Positions 38,091 to 49,892 of a stretch of DNA of 64,000 nt are shown one piece after another. The notes below the pieces were generated by a model. The model was not told the origin of the DNA. It worked only from the letters and a program-made list of their open reading frames with translations, and did not search any database. The stretch comes from Ranitomeya imitator (lineage: Eukaryota), in NCBI RefSeq assembly GCF_032444005.1, contig NC_091289.1, positions 5,394,001-5,458,000 on the forward strand. Reading direction: 5' to 3'. The first letter of the stretch is position 1. The number at the start of each line of letters is the position of its first letter. Made by a program: the position numbers and the translations under genes.

Positions 38091-40055
38091 CTTATACTTC
38101 AGAGCTGCACTCACTATTCTGCAGTCACCGTGTACATACATTACATTACTTATCCTGAGTTACCTCCTGTATTATACTCTAGAGCTGTGCTCACTATTCT
38201 GCTGGTGCAGTCACAGTGTACATACATTACATTACTGATCCTGAGTTACCTCCTGTATTATACTCCAGAGCTGCACTCACTATTCTGCTGGTGCAGTCAC
38301 TGTGTACATACATTACATTACTGATCCCGAGTTACATCCTGTATTATACCCCAGAGCTGCACTCACTATTCTGCTGGTGCAGTCACTGTGTACATACATT
38401 ACATTACTTATCCTGAGTTACCTCCTGTATTATACTCTAGAGCTGTGCTCACTATTCTGCTGGTGCAGTCACAGTGTACATACATTACTGATCCTGAGTT
38501 ACCTCCTTATTATACTCCAGAGCTGCACTCACTATTCTGCTGGTGCAGTCACTGTGTACATACATTACATTACTGATCCTGAGTTACCTACTGTATTATA
38601 CTCCAGAGCTGTACTCACTATTCTGCTGGTGCAGTCACTGTGTACATACATTACATTACTGATCTTGAGTTACCTCCTGTATTATACTCCAGAGCTGCAC
38701 TCACTATTCTGCTGGTGCAGTCACTGTGTACATACATTACATTACTGATCTTGAGTTACCTCCTGTATTATACTCCAGAGCTGTACTCACTATTCTGCTG
38801 GTGCAGTCACTGTGCACATACATTACTGATCCTGAGTTGCATCCTGTATTATACTCCAGAGCTGCACTCACTATTCTGCTGGTGCAGTCAGTGTACATAC
38901 ATTACATTACTGATCCTGAGTTACATCCTGTATTATCCTCCAGAGCTGCACTCACTATTCTGCTGGTGCAGTCACTGTGTACATACGTTACATTACTGAT
39001 CCTGAGTTACCTCCTATATTATACTCCAGAGCTGCACTCACTATTCTGCTGGTGCAATCATTGTGTACATACATTACATTACTGATCCTGAGTTACATCC
39101 TGTATTATACTCCAGAGCTGCACTCACTATTCTGCTGGTGCAGTCACTGTGTACATACATTACTGATCCTGAGTTACCTCCTATATTATACTCCAGAGCT
39201 GCACTCACTATTCTGCTGGTGCAGTCATTGTGTACATACATTACATTACTGATCCTGAGTTACATCCTGTATTATACCCCAGAGCTGCACTCACTATTCT
39301 GCTGGTGCAGTCACTGTGTACATACATTACATTACTGATCTTGAGTTACCTCCTGTATTATACTCCAGAGCTGCACTCACTATTCTGCTGGTGCAGTCAC
39401 TGTGTACATACATTACATTACTGATCTTGAGTTACCTCCTGTATTATACTCCAGAGCTGTACTCACTATTCTGCTGGTGCAGTCACTGTGCACATACATT
39501 ACTGATCCTGAGTTGCATCCTGTATTATACTCCAGAGCTGCACTCACTATTCTGCTGGTGCAGTCAGTGTACATACATTACATTACTGATCCTGAGTTAC
39601 ATCCTGTATTATCCTCCAGAGCTGCACTCACTATTCTGCTGGTGCAGTCACTGTGTACATACGTTACATTACTGATCCTGAGTTACCTCCTATATTATAC
39701 TCCAGAGCTGCACTCACTATTCTGCTGGTGCAGTCACTGTGTACATACATTACATTACTGATCCTGAGTTACATCCTGTATTATACCCCAGAGCTGCACT
39801 CACTATTCTGCTGGTGCAGTCACTGTGTACATACATTACATTACTGATCCTGAGTTACCTCCTGTATTATACTCCAGAGCTGCACTCACTATTCTGCTGG
39901 TGCAGTCACTGTGTACATACATTACATTACTGATCCTGAGTTACATCCTGTATTATACCCCAGAGCTGCACTCACTATTCTGCTGGTGCAGTCACTGTGT
40001 ACATTACATTACTGATCCTGAGTCACCTCCTGTATTACCCTCCAGAGCTGCGCTC
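38091..40055. repeat. 86-bp minisatellite array 3, directly fused to the 57-bp array
   Basis: Same unit and orientation as arrays 1 and 2; 676-bp internal block duplication (ORFs at 38640/39316 and 38726/39402). Confidence 0.95.
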
Positions 40056-40434
40056 TCGGTATATGTACAGTATTCCCTGATGTATACAGAGCTGCGTTGA
40101 TTCCCGTCCTCCGGTGATTACAGCTCTCCCTTCCTCTGTCTTGCAGACGTCTTCATGTGACTTCTGATCTCAGTAGTTCTTTGATCTCTGGATTAGTTGC
40201 TGACATCTGGAGACATTCCTGTGTTACTGTATATAGGGGACGAATGTTCTGCGTTCACTTCATGTTTATATGTAAAGAACAGATCGTGATTAATTCCGGG
40301 GTAAACAGAACATTCAGGTGGCGGTGCGGAGCTCGGGGCGCAGAGGCGACATTCGGGAGCGGGTCACTGAATCCATCAGATGTTACAGAAAATACAGATA
40401 TCATGTGATTATCTCACAAGCAGTGAGGACGCGG

Positions 40435-43400
40435 CTATGGCTGTACATTATGGCTGTACATTATGGCTGTACAATACGGCTGTTCATTATGGCTGTGCAT
40501 TATGGCTGTACATTACGGCTGTGCATTACGGCTGTACATTATGGCTGTACATTATGGCTGTACAATACGGCTGTTCATTATGTCTGTGCATTATGGCTGT
40601 ACATTACGGCTGTGCATTACGGCTGTACATTACGGCTGTACATTATGGCTGTACAATACGGCTGTTCATTATGGCTGTGCATTATGGCTGTACATTATGG
40701 CTGTACAATACGGCTGTACATTATGGCTGTACATTATGGCTGTACAATACGGCTGTTCATTATGGCTGTGCATTATGGCTGTACATTACGGCTGTGCATT
40801 ACGGCTGTACATTATGGCTGTACATTATGGCTGTACAATACGGCTGTTCATTATGTCTGTGCATTATGGCTGTACATTACGGCTGTGCATTACGGCTGTA
40901 CATTACGGCTGTACATTACAGCTGTACATTATGGCTGTACAATACGGCTGTACATTAGGGCTGTACATTATCGCTGTACATTACGGCTGTACATTACGGC
41001 TGTACATTACGGCTGTACATTATGGCTGTACAATACGGCTGTACATTAGGGCTGTACATTATGGCTGTACATTATCGCTGTACATTACGGCTGTACATTA
41101 CGGCAGTACATTACGGCTGTGCATTGTGGCTGTGCATTACGGCTGTGCATTACGGCTGTACATTACGACTGTACACTACTGCTGTGCATTACGGCTGTGC
41201 ATTGCGGCTGTGCATTGTGGCTGTGCATTATGGCTGTGCATTACGGCTATGCATTACGGCTGTGAATTACGGCTGTGCATTGTGGCTGTACGTTACGGCT
41301 GTGCATTGCGGCTGTACATTACATCTGTGCATTGTGGCTGTGCATTGTGGCTGTGCATTATGGCTGTGCATTACGGCTGTGCATTACGGCTGTGAATTAC
41401 GGCTGTGCATTGTGGCTGTACGTTACGGCTGTGCATTGCGGCTGTACATTACATCTGTGCATTGTGGCTGTGCATTACGGCTGTACGTTATGGCTGTGCA
41501 TTACAGCTGTGAATTACGGCTGTGCATTGTGGCTGTACATTACGCTGTGCATTGTGGCTGTGCATTACGGCTGTACATTACGGCTGCGCATTACGGCTGT
41601 ACATTGTGGCTGAGCATTATGGCTGCACATTATGGTTGTGCATTATGGCTGTGTATTATGGCTGTACGTTATGGCTGTGTATTATGGCTGTACATTACGG
41701 CTGTGCATTGTGGCTGTGCATTACGGCTGTACATTACGGCTGGGCATTGTGGCGGTGCATTACGGCTGTACATTATGGCTGTACATTACGGCTGTGCATT
41801 ATGGCTGTACATTGCGGCTGTGCATTATGGCTGTGCATTACGGCTGTGCATTATGGCTGTGCATTGTGGCTGTGCATTACGGCTGTACATTACGGCTGTG
41901 TATTGTGGCTGTGCATTACGGCTGTACATTACGGCTGTGCGTTATGGCTGTACGTTATGGCTGTACATTACGGCTGTGCATTATGGCTGTACATTACGGC
42001 TGTGCATTATGGTTGTACGTTATGGCTGTGCATTATGGCTGTACATTACGGCTGTGTATTATGGCTGTACGTTATGGCTGTGCATTATGGCTGTACGTTA
42101 TGGCTGTGCATTACGGTTGTACATTATGGCTGTGTATTATGGCTGTGCATTACGGTTGTACATTATGGCTGTACGTTATGGCTGTGCATTACGGTTGTAC
42201 ATTATGGCTGTGCATTACGGCTGTAAATTACGGCTGTGCATTGTGGCTGTGCATTGTGGCTGTACATTACGGCTGTGCATTACGGCTGTGCATTATGGCT
42301 GTACATTACGGCTGTGCATCATGGCTGTACATCATGGCTGTACATCATGGCTGTACATTACGGCTGTGCATTATGGCTGTACATCATGGCTGTGCATTAC
42401 GGTTGTACATTATGGCTGTACATTACGGCTGTGCATCATGGCTGTACATCATGGCTGTACATCATGGCTGTACATTACGGCTGTGCATTATGGCTGTACG
42501 TTATGGCTGTGCATTACGGTTGTACATTACGGCTGTACATCATGGCTGTGCATTACGGCTGTACATTACGGCTGTACATCATGGCTGTGCATTACGGCTG
42601 TACATTACGGCTGTACATCATGGCTGTGCATTACGGCTGTACATTACGGCTGCGCATTACGGCTGTACATTGTGGCTGAGCATTATGGCTGCACATTATG
42701 GTTGTGCATTATGGCTGTGTATTATGGCTGTACGTTATGGCTGTGTATTATGGCTGTACATTACGGCTGTGCATTGTGGCTGTGCATTACGGCTGTACAT
42801 TACGGCTGGGCATTGTGGCGGTGCATTACGGCTGTACATTATGGCTGTACATTACGGCTGTGCATTATGGCTGTACATTGCGGCTGTGCATTATGGCTGT
42901 GCATTACGGCTGTGCATTATGGCTGTGCATTGTGGCTGTGCATTACGGCTGTACATTACGGCTGTGTATTGTGGCTGTGCATTACGGCTGTACATTACGG
43001 CTGTGCGTTATGGCTGTACGTTATGGCTGTACATTACGGCTGTGCATTATGGCTGTACATTACGGCTGTGCATTATGGTTGTACGTTATGGCTGTGCATT
43101 ATGGCTGTACATTACGGCTGTGTATTATGGCTGTACGTTATGGCTGTGCATTATGGCTGTACGTTATGGCTGTGCATTACGGTTGTACATTATGGCTGTG
43201 TATTATGGCTGTGCATTACGGTTGTACATTATGGCTGTACGTTATGGCTGTGCATTACGGTTGTACATTATGGCTGTGCATTACGGCTGTAAATTACGGC
43301 TGTGCATTGTGGCTGTGCATTGTGGCTGTACATTACGGCTGTGCATTACGGCTGTGCATTATGGCTGTACATTACGGCTGTGCATCATGGCTGTACATCA

Positions 43401-43717
43401 TGGCTGTACATCATGGCTGTACATTACGGCTGTGCATTATGGCTGTACATCATGGCTGTGCATTACGGTTGTACATTATGGCTGTACATTACGGCTGTGC
43501 ATCATGGCTGTACATCATGGCTGTACATCATGGCTGTACATTACGGCTGTGCATTATGGCTGTACGTTATGGCTGTGCATTACGGTTGTACATTACGGCT
43601 GTACATCATGGCTGTGCATTACGGCTGTACATTACGGCTGTACATCATGGCTGTGCATTACGGCTGTACATTACGGCTGTACATCATGGCTGTGCATTAC
43701 GGCTGTACATTACGGCT
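40435..43717. repeat. 13-bp minisatellite (GGCTGTRCATTAY), about 250 copies
   Basis: Direct tandem copies; contains a 1066-bp block duplication. Confidence 0.96.
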
Positions 43718-44416
43718 GCTGCTACCGGCATTACATAGAGCACCGGCGCACACAGACCGCGGAGACCCCGGTATAAGGGCAGGTCACCGGCCCTCTGCAG
43801 CCAATTACTCATCATAATGCACAATTCCACCTGCTCTGGAGGTCGTGGCCCCTTATTTCTCGGGCCCCTGTGCGGCTGCACCTCGGACATATCGCCATGT
43901 AACCCGGACCCCTTATACTGCTATACTCATCATGTATCACTGCTGACAACCAGCCGGCACACATGTATGAGAGGTTGTCAGACATCACTGATAGAATTTA
44001 ATGACATTTTTATTTTCGCTCGTCGTCATTGTGAGACACAACATACAGATATGGCGCCCTCCGCTGTTGGCGCTTTAAGATCCTTGTAAGCGATTTTCCT
44101 GCATCTTCGCCCCCATCAGAGTCATCAAAGGGTCTGCGGCCAATTAAGGGCCATATGTGGTTTATGTCTGAAGCGTGGTCCGAGATTTCCTCCAGGAGGG
44201 AAGGAAGTGTAAAGACTGAGGTAAGAGCTGAGTGATCAGGAGGAAAACATGAGGGGATGTAGGTGGAGGCTCGGGATAAATACCCCTGGCACCCAGACAT
44301 TTCCTCACCAGTCCCAGCGGAGAACCGGACTTGTGAGTATTATATACCATAATATTACACACTATTCTCATAAAATTATCTGCTCTCATGTGACAGTGAT
44401 ATTTCTAATAAGAAGT

Positions 44417-46174
44417 GCTGGCTCAGTGGTTACATACACTGACCCTACAGAGTCAGCGCCTGAGGACCATGCCTTTACTTTAGGTATATGATCAGTTATA
44501 TTGATTGATTATATCCTGACTCTTCCATCGTTACATGTCTGATAATGTAGAGTAGACGCTGGCTCAGTGGTTACATGCACTGACCTAGATCCAGAGTTAG
44601 CCCCTGAAGACCATACCTTTCAATTTAGATATATGAGCAGTTATACTGATTTATTATATCCTTAATCTTCATAGTTACATTCCTGATAATATTGAGTAGA
44701 CGCTGGCTCAGTGGTTACATGCACTGACCTAGATCCAGAGTTAGCCCCCGAGGACCATGCCTTTCACTTTAGGTATATGATCAGTTATATTGATTGATTA
44801 TATCCTTAATCTTCCATAGTTAAATGTCTGATAATGTAGAAGAGAAGCTGGCTCAGTGGTTACATACACTGACCTAGATCCAGAATTAGCCCCCGAGGAC
44901 CATGCCTTTCACTTTAGGTAAATGACCAGTTTTAATGATTAATTATATCCTTAATCTTCCATAGTTAAATGTCTGATAATGTAGAAGAGAAGCTGGCTCA
45001 GTGGTTACATACACTGACCTAGATCCAGAGTTAGACCCCGAGGACCGTGCTTTTCACTTTAGGTATATGATCAGTTATATTGATTGATTATATCCTTAAT
45101 CTTCCATAGTTAAATGTCTGATAATGTAGAAGAGAAGCTGGCTCAGTGGTTACATACACTGACCTAGATCCAGAGTTAGACCCCGAGGATCATGCCTTTC
45201 ACTTTAGGTATATGATCAGTTATATTGATTGATTATATCCTGACTCTTCCATCGTTACATGTCTGATAATGTAGAAGAGATGCTGGCTCAGTGGTTACAT
45301 GCACAGACCTAGATCCAGAGTTAGCCCCCGAGGACCATACCTTTCACATTAGGTATATTATCAGTTATATTGATTGATTATATCCTGACTCTTCCATAGT
45401 TACATTCCTGATAATATTGAGTAGACGCTGGCTCAGTGGTTACATGCACTGACCTAGATCCAGAGTTAGACCCCGAGGACCATGCCTTTCACTTTAGGTA
45501 TATGATCAGTTATATTGATTGATTATATCCTTAATCTTCCATAGTTAAATGTCTGATAATGTAGAAGAGAAGCTGGCTCAGTGGTTACATGCACTGACCT
45601 AGATCCAGAGTTAGCCCCCGAGGACCATGCCTTTCACTTTAGGTATATGATCAGTTATATTGATTGATTATATCCTTAATCTTCCATAGTTAAATGTCTG
45701 ATAATGTAGAAGAGAAGCTGGCTCAGTGGTTACATGCACTGACCTAGATCCAGAGTTAGCCCCCGAGGACCATGCCTTTCACTTTAGGTAAATGACCAGT
45801 TTTAATGATTAATTATATCCTTAATCTTCCATAGTTAAATGTCTGATAATGTAGAAGAGAAGCTGGCTCAGTGGTTACATACACTGACCTAGATCCAGAG
45901 TTAGACCCCGAGGACCGTGCTTTTCACTTTAGGTATATGATCAGTTATATTGATTGATTATATCCTTAATCTTCCATAGTTAAATGTCTGATAATGTAGA
46001 AGAGGAGCTGGCTCAGTGGTTACATGCACTGACCTAGATCCAGAGTTAGCCCCCGAGGACCATGCCTTTCACTTTAGGTATATGATCAGTTATATTGATT
46101 GATTATATCCTGACTCTTCCATCGTTACATGTCTGATAATGTAGAAGAGATGCTGGCTCAGTGGTTACATGCAC
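44417..46174. repeat. About 145-bp AT-rich satellite, about 12 copies, upstream of MGP
   Basis: GCTGGCTCAGTGGTTACA recurs at 44417, 44558, 44702, 44847, 44992 ... 46152. Confidence 0.95.
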
Positions 46175-47135
46175 CTGATTATTATAATATTATAATTATT
46201 AGCTATATTTAAGTTATTAATAATTTAGTCTTCTAGTCTTATGTATATATTAAGGAGAGCTCGATATGAGCCAGTGACGACCTCAATAACTTGGGGAAAG
46301 GGAGAGTCGTGTAAAAGATGGAGTTTCTGCAGGTGAGAGAGAAATATCCAGAGGGAGAAGGTTCCAGAACATTCGATGTAACGTGCAATTTCCTGCTATG
46401 GGTAAGATGGGTATGAATGTAGCAGAGGCGGCTCCGCGCCCCGAGGGCCGATTATATAAATTTATAGACAGGTCAGACTTAACCACTTCATTCCCAGCCT
46501 GTTTTCGATTCTCCAGATTTATAAGAAAGAAGACAGTTTACGATCAGAAGGAACGATCAGGCTCATTCATCATTTCATTTACACCTTTTATTTTATTTTA
46601 TTTATTTTTTTTGAGGCAAGAAATTTTTTTGCATCATTTTTACAGAACATTCAACTTTTTGTACTTAAAAAACAGATAAAAGACAAACATAAGGAGAACT
46701 CGGAGCAAACTGTGTTTGTTATTTTGATTAATTGGTGTAAAAATCGTCAGAGAATAAAAAACTAAAAAACGAAAGCGACTTAAAATCGCAGATGATGAAT
46801 TGGGTCCGTCATGTTTCATTTCAATGCCATTTTAAGATCTCGGATTGCTGTCAGTGAATGAAGACACTAGTTTCCATCGGAGACAGCAATCAGTGGTTAC
46901 AATTGTATCTAGTGGGCACTAGTAGGTCATGGAGCTCCTGGGAGTTGTAGTTCACCTCCACAGATGTATACACTTGGTTAGTTCACAGTCTTCTATAATA
47001 TTTTTCACCTTTTGATCTTTTCGTCCCCGTCCCCCTCGCCGCCCCCCACCCTGGTATGACTGTGCCAGCACATACCTCTCAGCATTCTTGGTGCCGCCCG
47101 CCCCAGATGTTGGGTTTTATAGAGCGCCGCTCTCT

Positions 47136-47141
47136 TATAAG
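47136..47141 (+). promoter_or_regulatory. Candidate TATA box of the MGP proximal promoter
   Basis: TATAAG about 75 nt upstream of the MGP ATG, with a GC box (GCCCGCCCC) near 47094-47104. Confidence 0.5.
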
Positions 47142-47214
47142 CAGTAATTTCTCCTTATATCCCAGCAGAAGATTTCCCTGTGGCAAGTGGAGAAGAAAAA
47201 ATCCACAAGTCAGC

Positions 47215-47275
47215 ATGAAGACCCTGGCACTGCTCCTGGTCGTGGCGCTGGCCACTGCGGTCACCCTCGCATACG
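47215..47275 (+). CDS. MGP: Matrix Gla protein, coding exon 1 of 4 (signal peptide); joined CDS 47215-47275,49406-49441,49736-49799,51744-51882 = 300 nt, 99 aa
   Basis: MKTLALLLVVALATAVTLAY, 61 nt, phase-1 donor GTAACA. Confidence 0.93.
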
Positions 47276-47362
47276 GTAACAATTATTTACTTGATTTCTT
47301 CGAAGGAAAAACTGCAAATTATCTGAAATGTTCGAAATACTGGAGTGCCTAGAGGCCACAGA

Positions 47363-48797
47363 CAGGACACAGGCTGCTGTAACTAGAACCATGGACAGGA
47401 CACAGGCTGCTGTAACCAGAAAAAAAAGACAGGACCCAGGCTGCTGTAACCAGAACCATAGACAGGACACAGGCTGCTGTAACCAGAACCATAGACAGGA
47501 CACAGGCTGCTGTAACCAGAACCATAGACAGGACACAGGCTGCTGTAACCAGAACCATAGACAGGACACAGGCTGCTGTAACCAGAACCATAGACAGGAC
47601 ACAGGCTGCTGTAACCAGAACCATAGACAGGACACAGGCTGCTGTAACCAGAACCATAGACAGGACACAGGCTGCTGTAACCAGGAAAAAAAGACAGGAT
47701 ACAGGCTGCTGTAACCAGAACCAAAGACAGGATACAGGCTGCTGTAACCAGGAAAAAAGACAGGACACAGGCTGCTGTAACCAGAACCATAGACAGGATA
47801 CAGGCTGCTGTAACCAGAACCATAGAGAGGACACAGGCTGCTGTAACCAGAACCATAGACAGGACCCAGGCTGCTGTAACCAGAACCATAGACAGGACCC
47901 AGGCTGCTGTAACCAGAACCATAGACAGGACACAGGCTGCTGTAACCAGGAAAAAAAGACAGGACACAGGCTGCTGTAACCAGAACCAAAGACAGGATAC
48001 AGGCTGCTGTAACCAGGAAAAAAAGACAGGATACAGGCTGCTGTAACCAGAACCAAAGACAGGATACAGGCTGCTGTAACCAGGAAAAAAGACAGGACAC
48101 AGGCTGCTGTAACCAGAACTATAGACAGGATACAGGCTGCTGTAACCAGAACCATAGAGAGGACACAGGCTGCTGTAACCAGAACCATAGACAGGACCCA
48201 GGCTGCTGTAACCAGAACCATAGACAGGACCCAGGCTGCTGTAACCAGAACCATAGACAGGACACAGGCTGCTGTAACCAGGAAAAAAAGACAGGACACA
48301 GGCTGCTGTAACCAGAACCAAAGACAGGATACAGGCTGCTGTAACCAGGAAAAAAGACAGGACACAGGCTGCTGTAACCAGAACCATAGACAGGATACAG
48401 GCTGCTGTAACCAGAACCATAGACAGGACACAGGCTGCTGTAACCAGAACCAAAGACAGGATACAGGCTGCTGTAACCAGGAAAAAAGACAGGACACAGG
48501 CTGCTGTAACCAGAACCATAGACAGGATACAGGCTGCTGTAACCAGAACCATAGACAGGACACAGGCTGCTGTAACCAGGAAAAAAAAGACAGGATACAG
48601 GCTGCTGTAACCAGAACCATAGACAGGATACAGGCTGCTGTAACCAGAACCAAAGACAGGATACAGGCTGCTGTAACCAGGAAAAAAGACAGGACACAGG
48701 CTGCTGTAACCAGAACCATAGACAGGACACAGGCTGCTGTAACCAGAACCATAGACAGGACACAGGCTGCTGTAACCAGAACCATAGACAGGACACA
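47363..48797. repeat. 33-bp minisatellite (ACAGGACACAGGCTGCTGTAACCAGAACCATAG) with A-run variants, MGP intron 1
   Basis: Direct tandem copies. Confidence 0.96.
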
Positions 48798-48880
48798 AAT
48801 GCCAAATAGGAATGAGAGGGTTCTCTGCGCTGCTGATAAAAATCCAAAGGACGATTCCCTCAGATGGGATTGGGAGCGAT

Positions 48881-49163
48881 TAGTGATGAGCGAGGGTACT
48901 CGTTGCTCGGTGGTCTCTTAGTGTTTGTTAGTACTCAGAGATTTAGTTTTCATCCCGGCAGCTGAATGATTTACAGCTACTAGACAGCTTGATTACATGT
49001 GAGGATTCCCTAGCAACCAGGCAATCCCCACATGTACTCAGCCTGGCTAGTAGCTGTAAATCATTCAGCTGCCGGGATGAAAACTAAATCTCTGAGCAGT
49101 CACAAATACTGGGAGACCACCGAGCAGGAGACCACCGAGCAGGAGTACCCTCGCTCATCACTA
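48881..49163. mobile_element. hAT-like palindromic MITE, MGP intron 1
   Basis: TIR TAGTGATGAGCGAGGGTACTC / GAGTACCCTCGCTCATCACTA, nearly fully palindromic interior; 8-bp flanks GGAGCGAT / GTAGTGAT (6 of 8, decayed TSD). Confidence 0.8.
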
Positions 49164-49405
49164 GTAGTGATGACTTTTATTATCATCCGACTTCTTCATC
49201 AGTAAAACACACCACACATTTCGTCGGACATCTTGACACCTGTGGCTTCCCCCAATAGTTGTGTTACATGAGGTGACCGCGTCCTTTCACCCTACGGCCT
49301 CCGATCATCAGCGAATAAGACCCCACTGCGCTTTCTTGCCCCCAGTCTTTGCTACATATCATACTCAGACTATACTCATCACTGACACTTGTCTTCCTTC
49401 TCTAG

Positions 49406-49441
49406 ACTCACATGAAAGCCACGAGTCCTACGAACGTTACG
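49406..49441 (+). CDS. MGP: MGP coding exon 2 (SxESxES phosphorylation motif)
   Basis: ccttctctag acceptor, (D)SHESHESYERY, donor GTAAGA. Confidence 0.93.
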
Positions 49442-49735
49442 GTAAGAATGATTTTTGGTTTACAGAATAATATAATAAAATAATAAATAATAGAATAAAT
49501 ATAAAACAATAATAATGTAATAATAAATATAATAATAATAAATAAATAATAATAATAACAAAAATAATAACAGAATAAATATATAAGAAGGATTGCAGGA
49601 TTCCGGCTTGTATCTGAGGGGTTGTTACAATGTATCAGTGTGCACAATCCTTTGCTCTCTACCTCGGCTTTCTTTCTCTTTTCTCTGCTGTCTGACTTGT
49701 ATTCTATACACATCACTCTTATATTTTTGCTGCAG

Positions 49736-49799
49736 ATCCGTTTGTTAACTCAAGAAATGCCAACTCCTTCATGCAACGGAACGTGCGAATGAATGAGCG
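49736..49799 (+). CDS. MGP: MGP coding exon 3 (gamma-carboxylase recognition region, ANSF)
   Basis: ttttgctgcag acceptor, (D)PFVNSRNANSFMQRNVRMNE(R), phase-2 donor GTAAGG. Confidence 0.93.
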
Positions 49800-49892
49800 G
49801 TAAGGATAGAATAACCGGACAATCCGCTCCTGTGCATGCAGATTACACAGGACTATAGTCAGTGACTGCACAGTATGTGACCAGTACTGCTG

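Noticed and set aside
31562-38324. ORFs up to 1404 aa on both strands (IQRYMIRSCLQPPLGGAPC etc.)
   Set aside because: Passive result of a stop-free 57-bp unit; frames switch at 1-nt indels and there is no unique domain.
40318-43817. Cys/Tyr/Gly-rich ORFs resembling keratin-associated proteins
   Set aside because: The 13-bp unit cycles through all three frames, so the composition is a repeat artefact.
44010-46486. Possible L1/Tx1 ORF2 fragments on the minus strand flanking the 145-bp satellite (..PDHSAL..), and at 14467-14652
   Set aside because: Only vague motif resemblance and no continuous alignable frame; needs a profile search.
49465-49585. AAT-rich stretch in MGP intron 2
   Set aside because: Ordinary low-complexity microsatellite decay.
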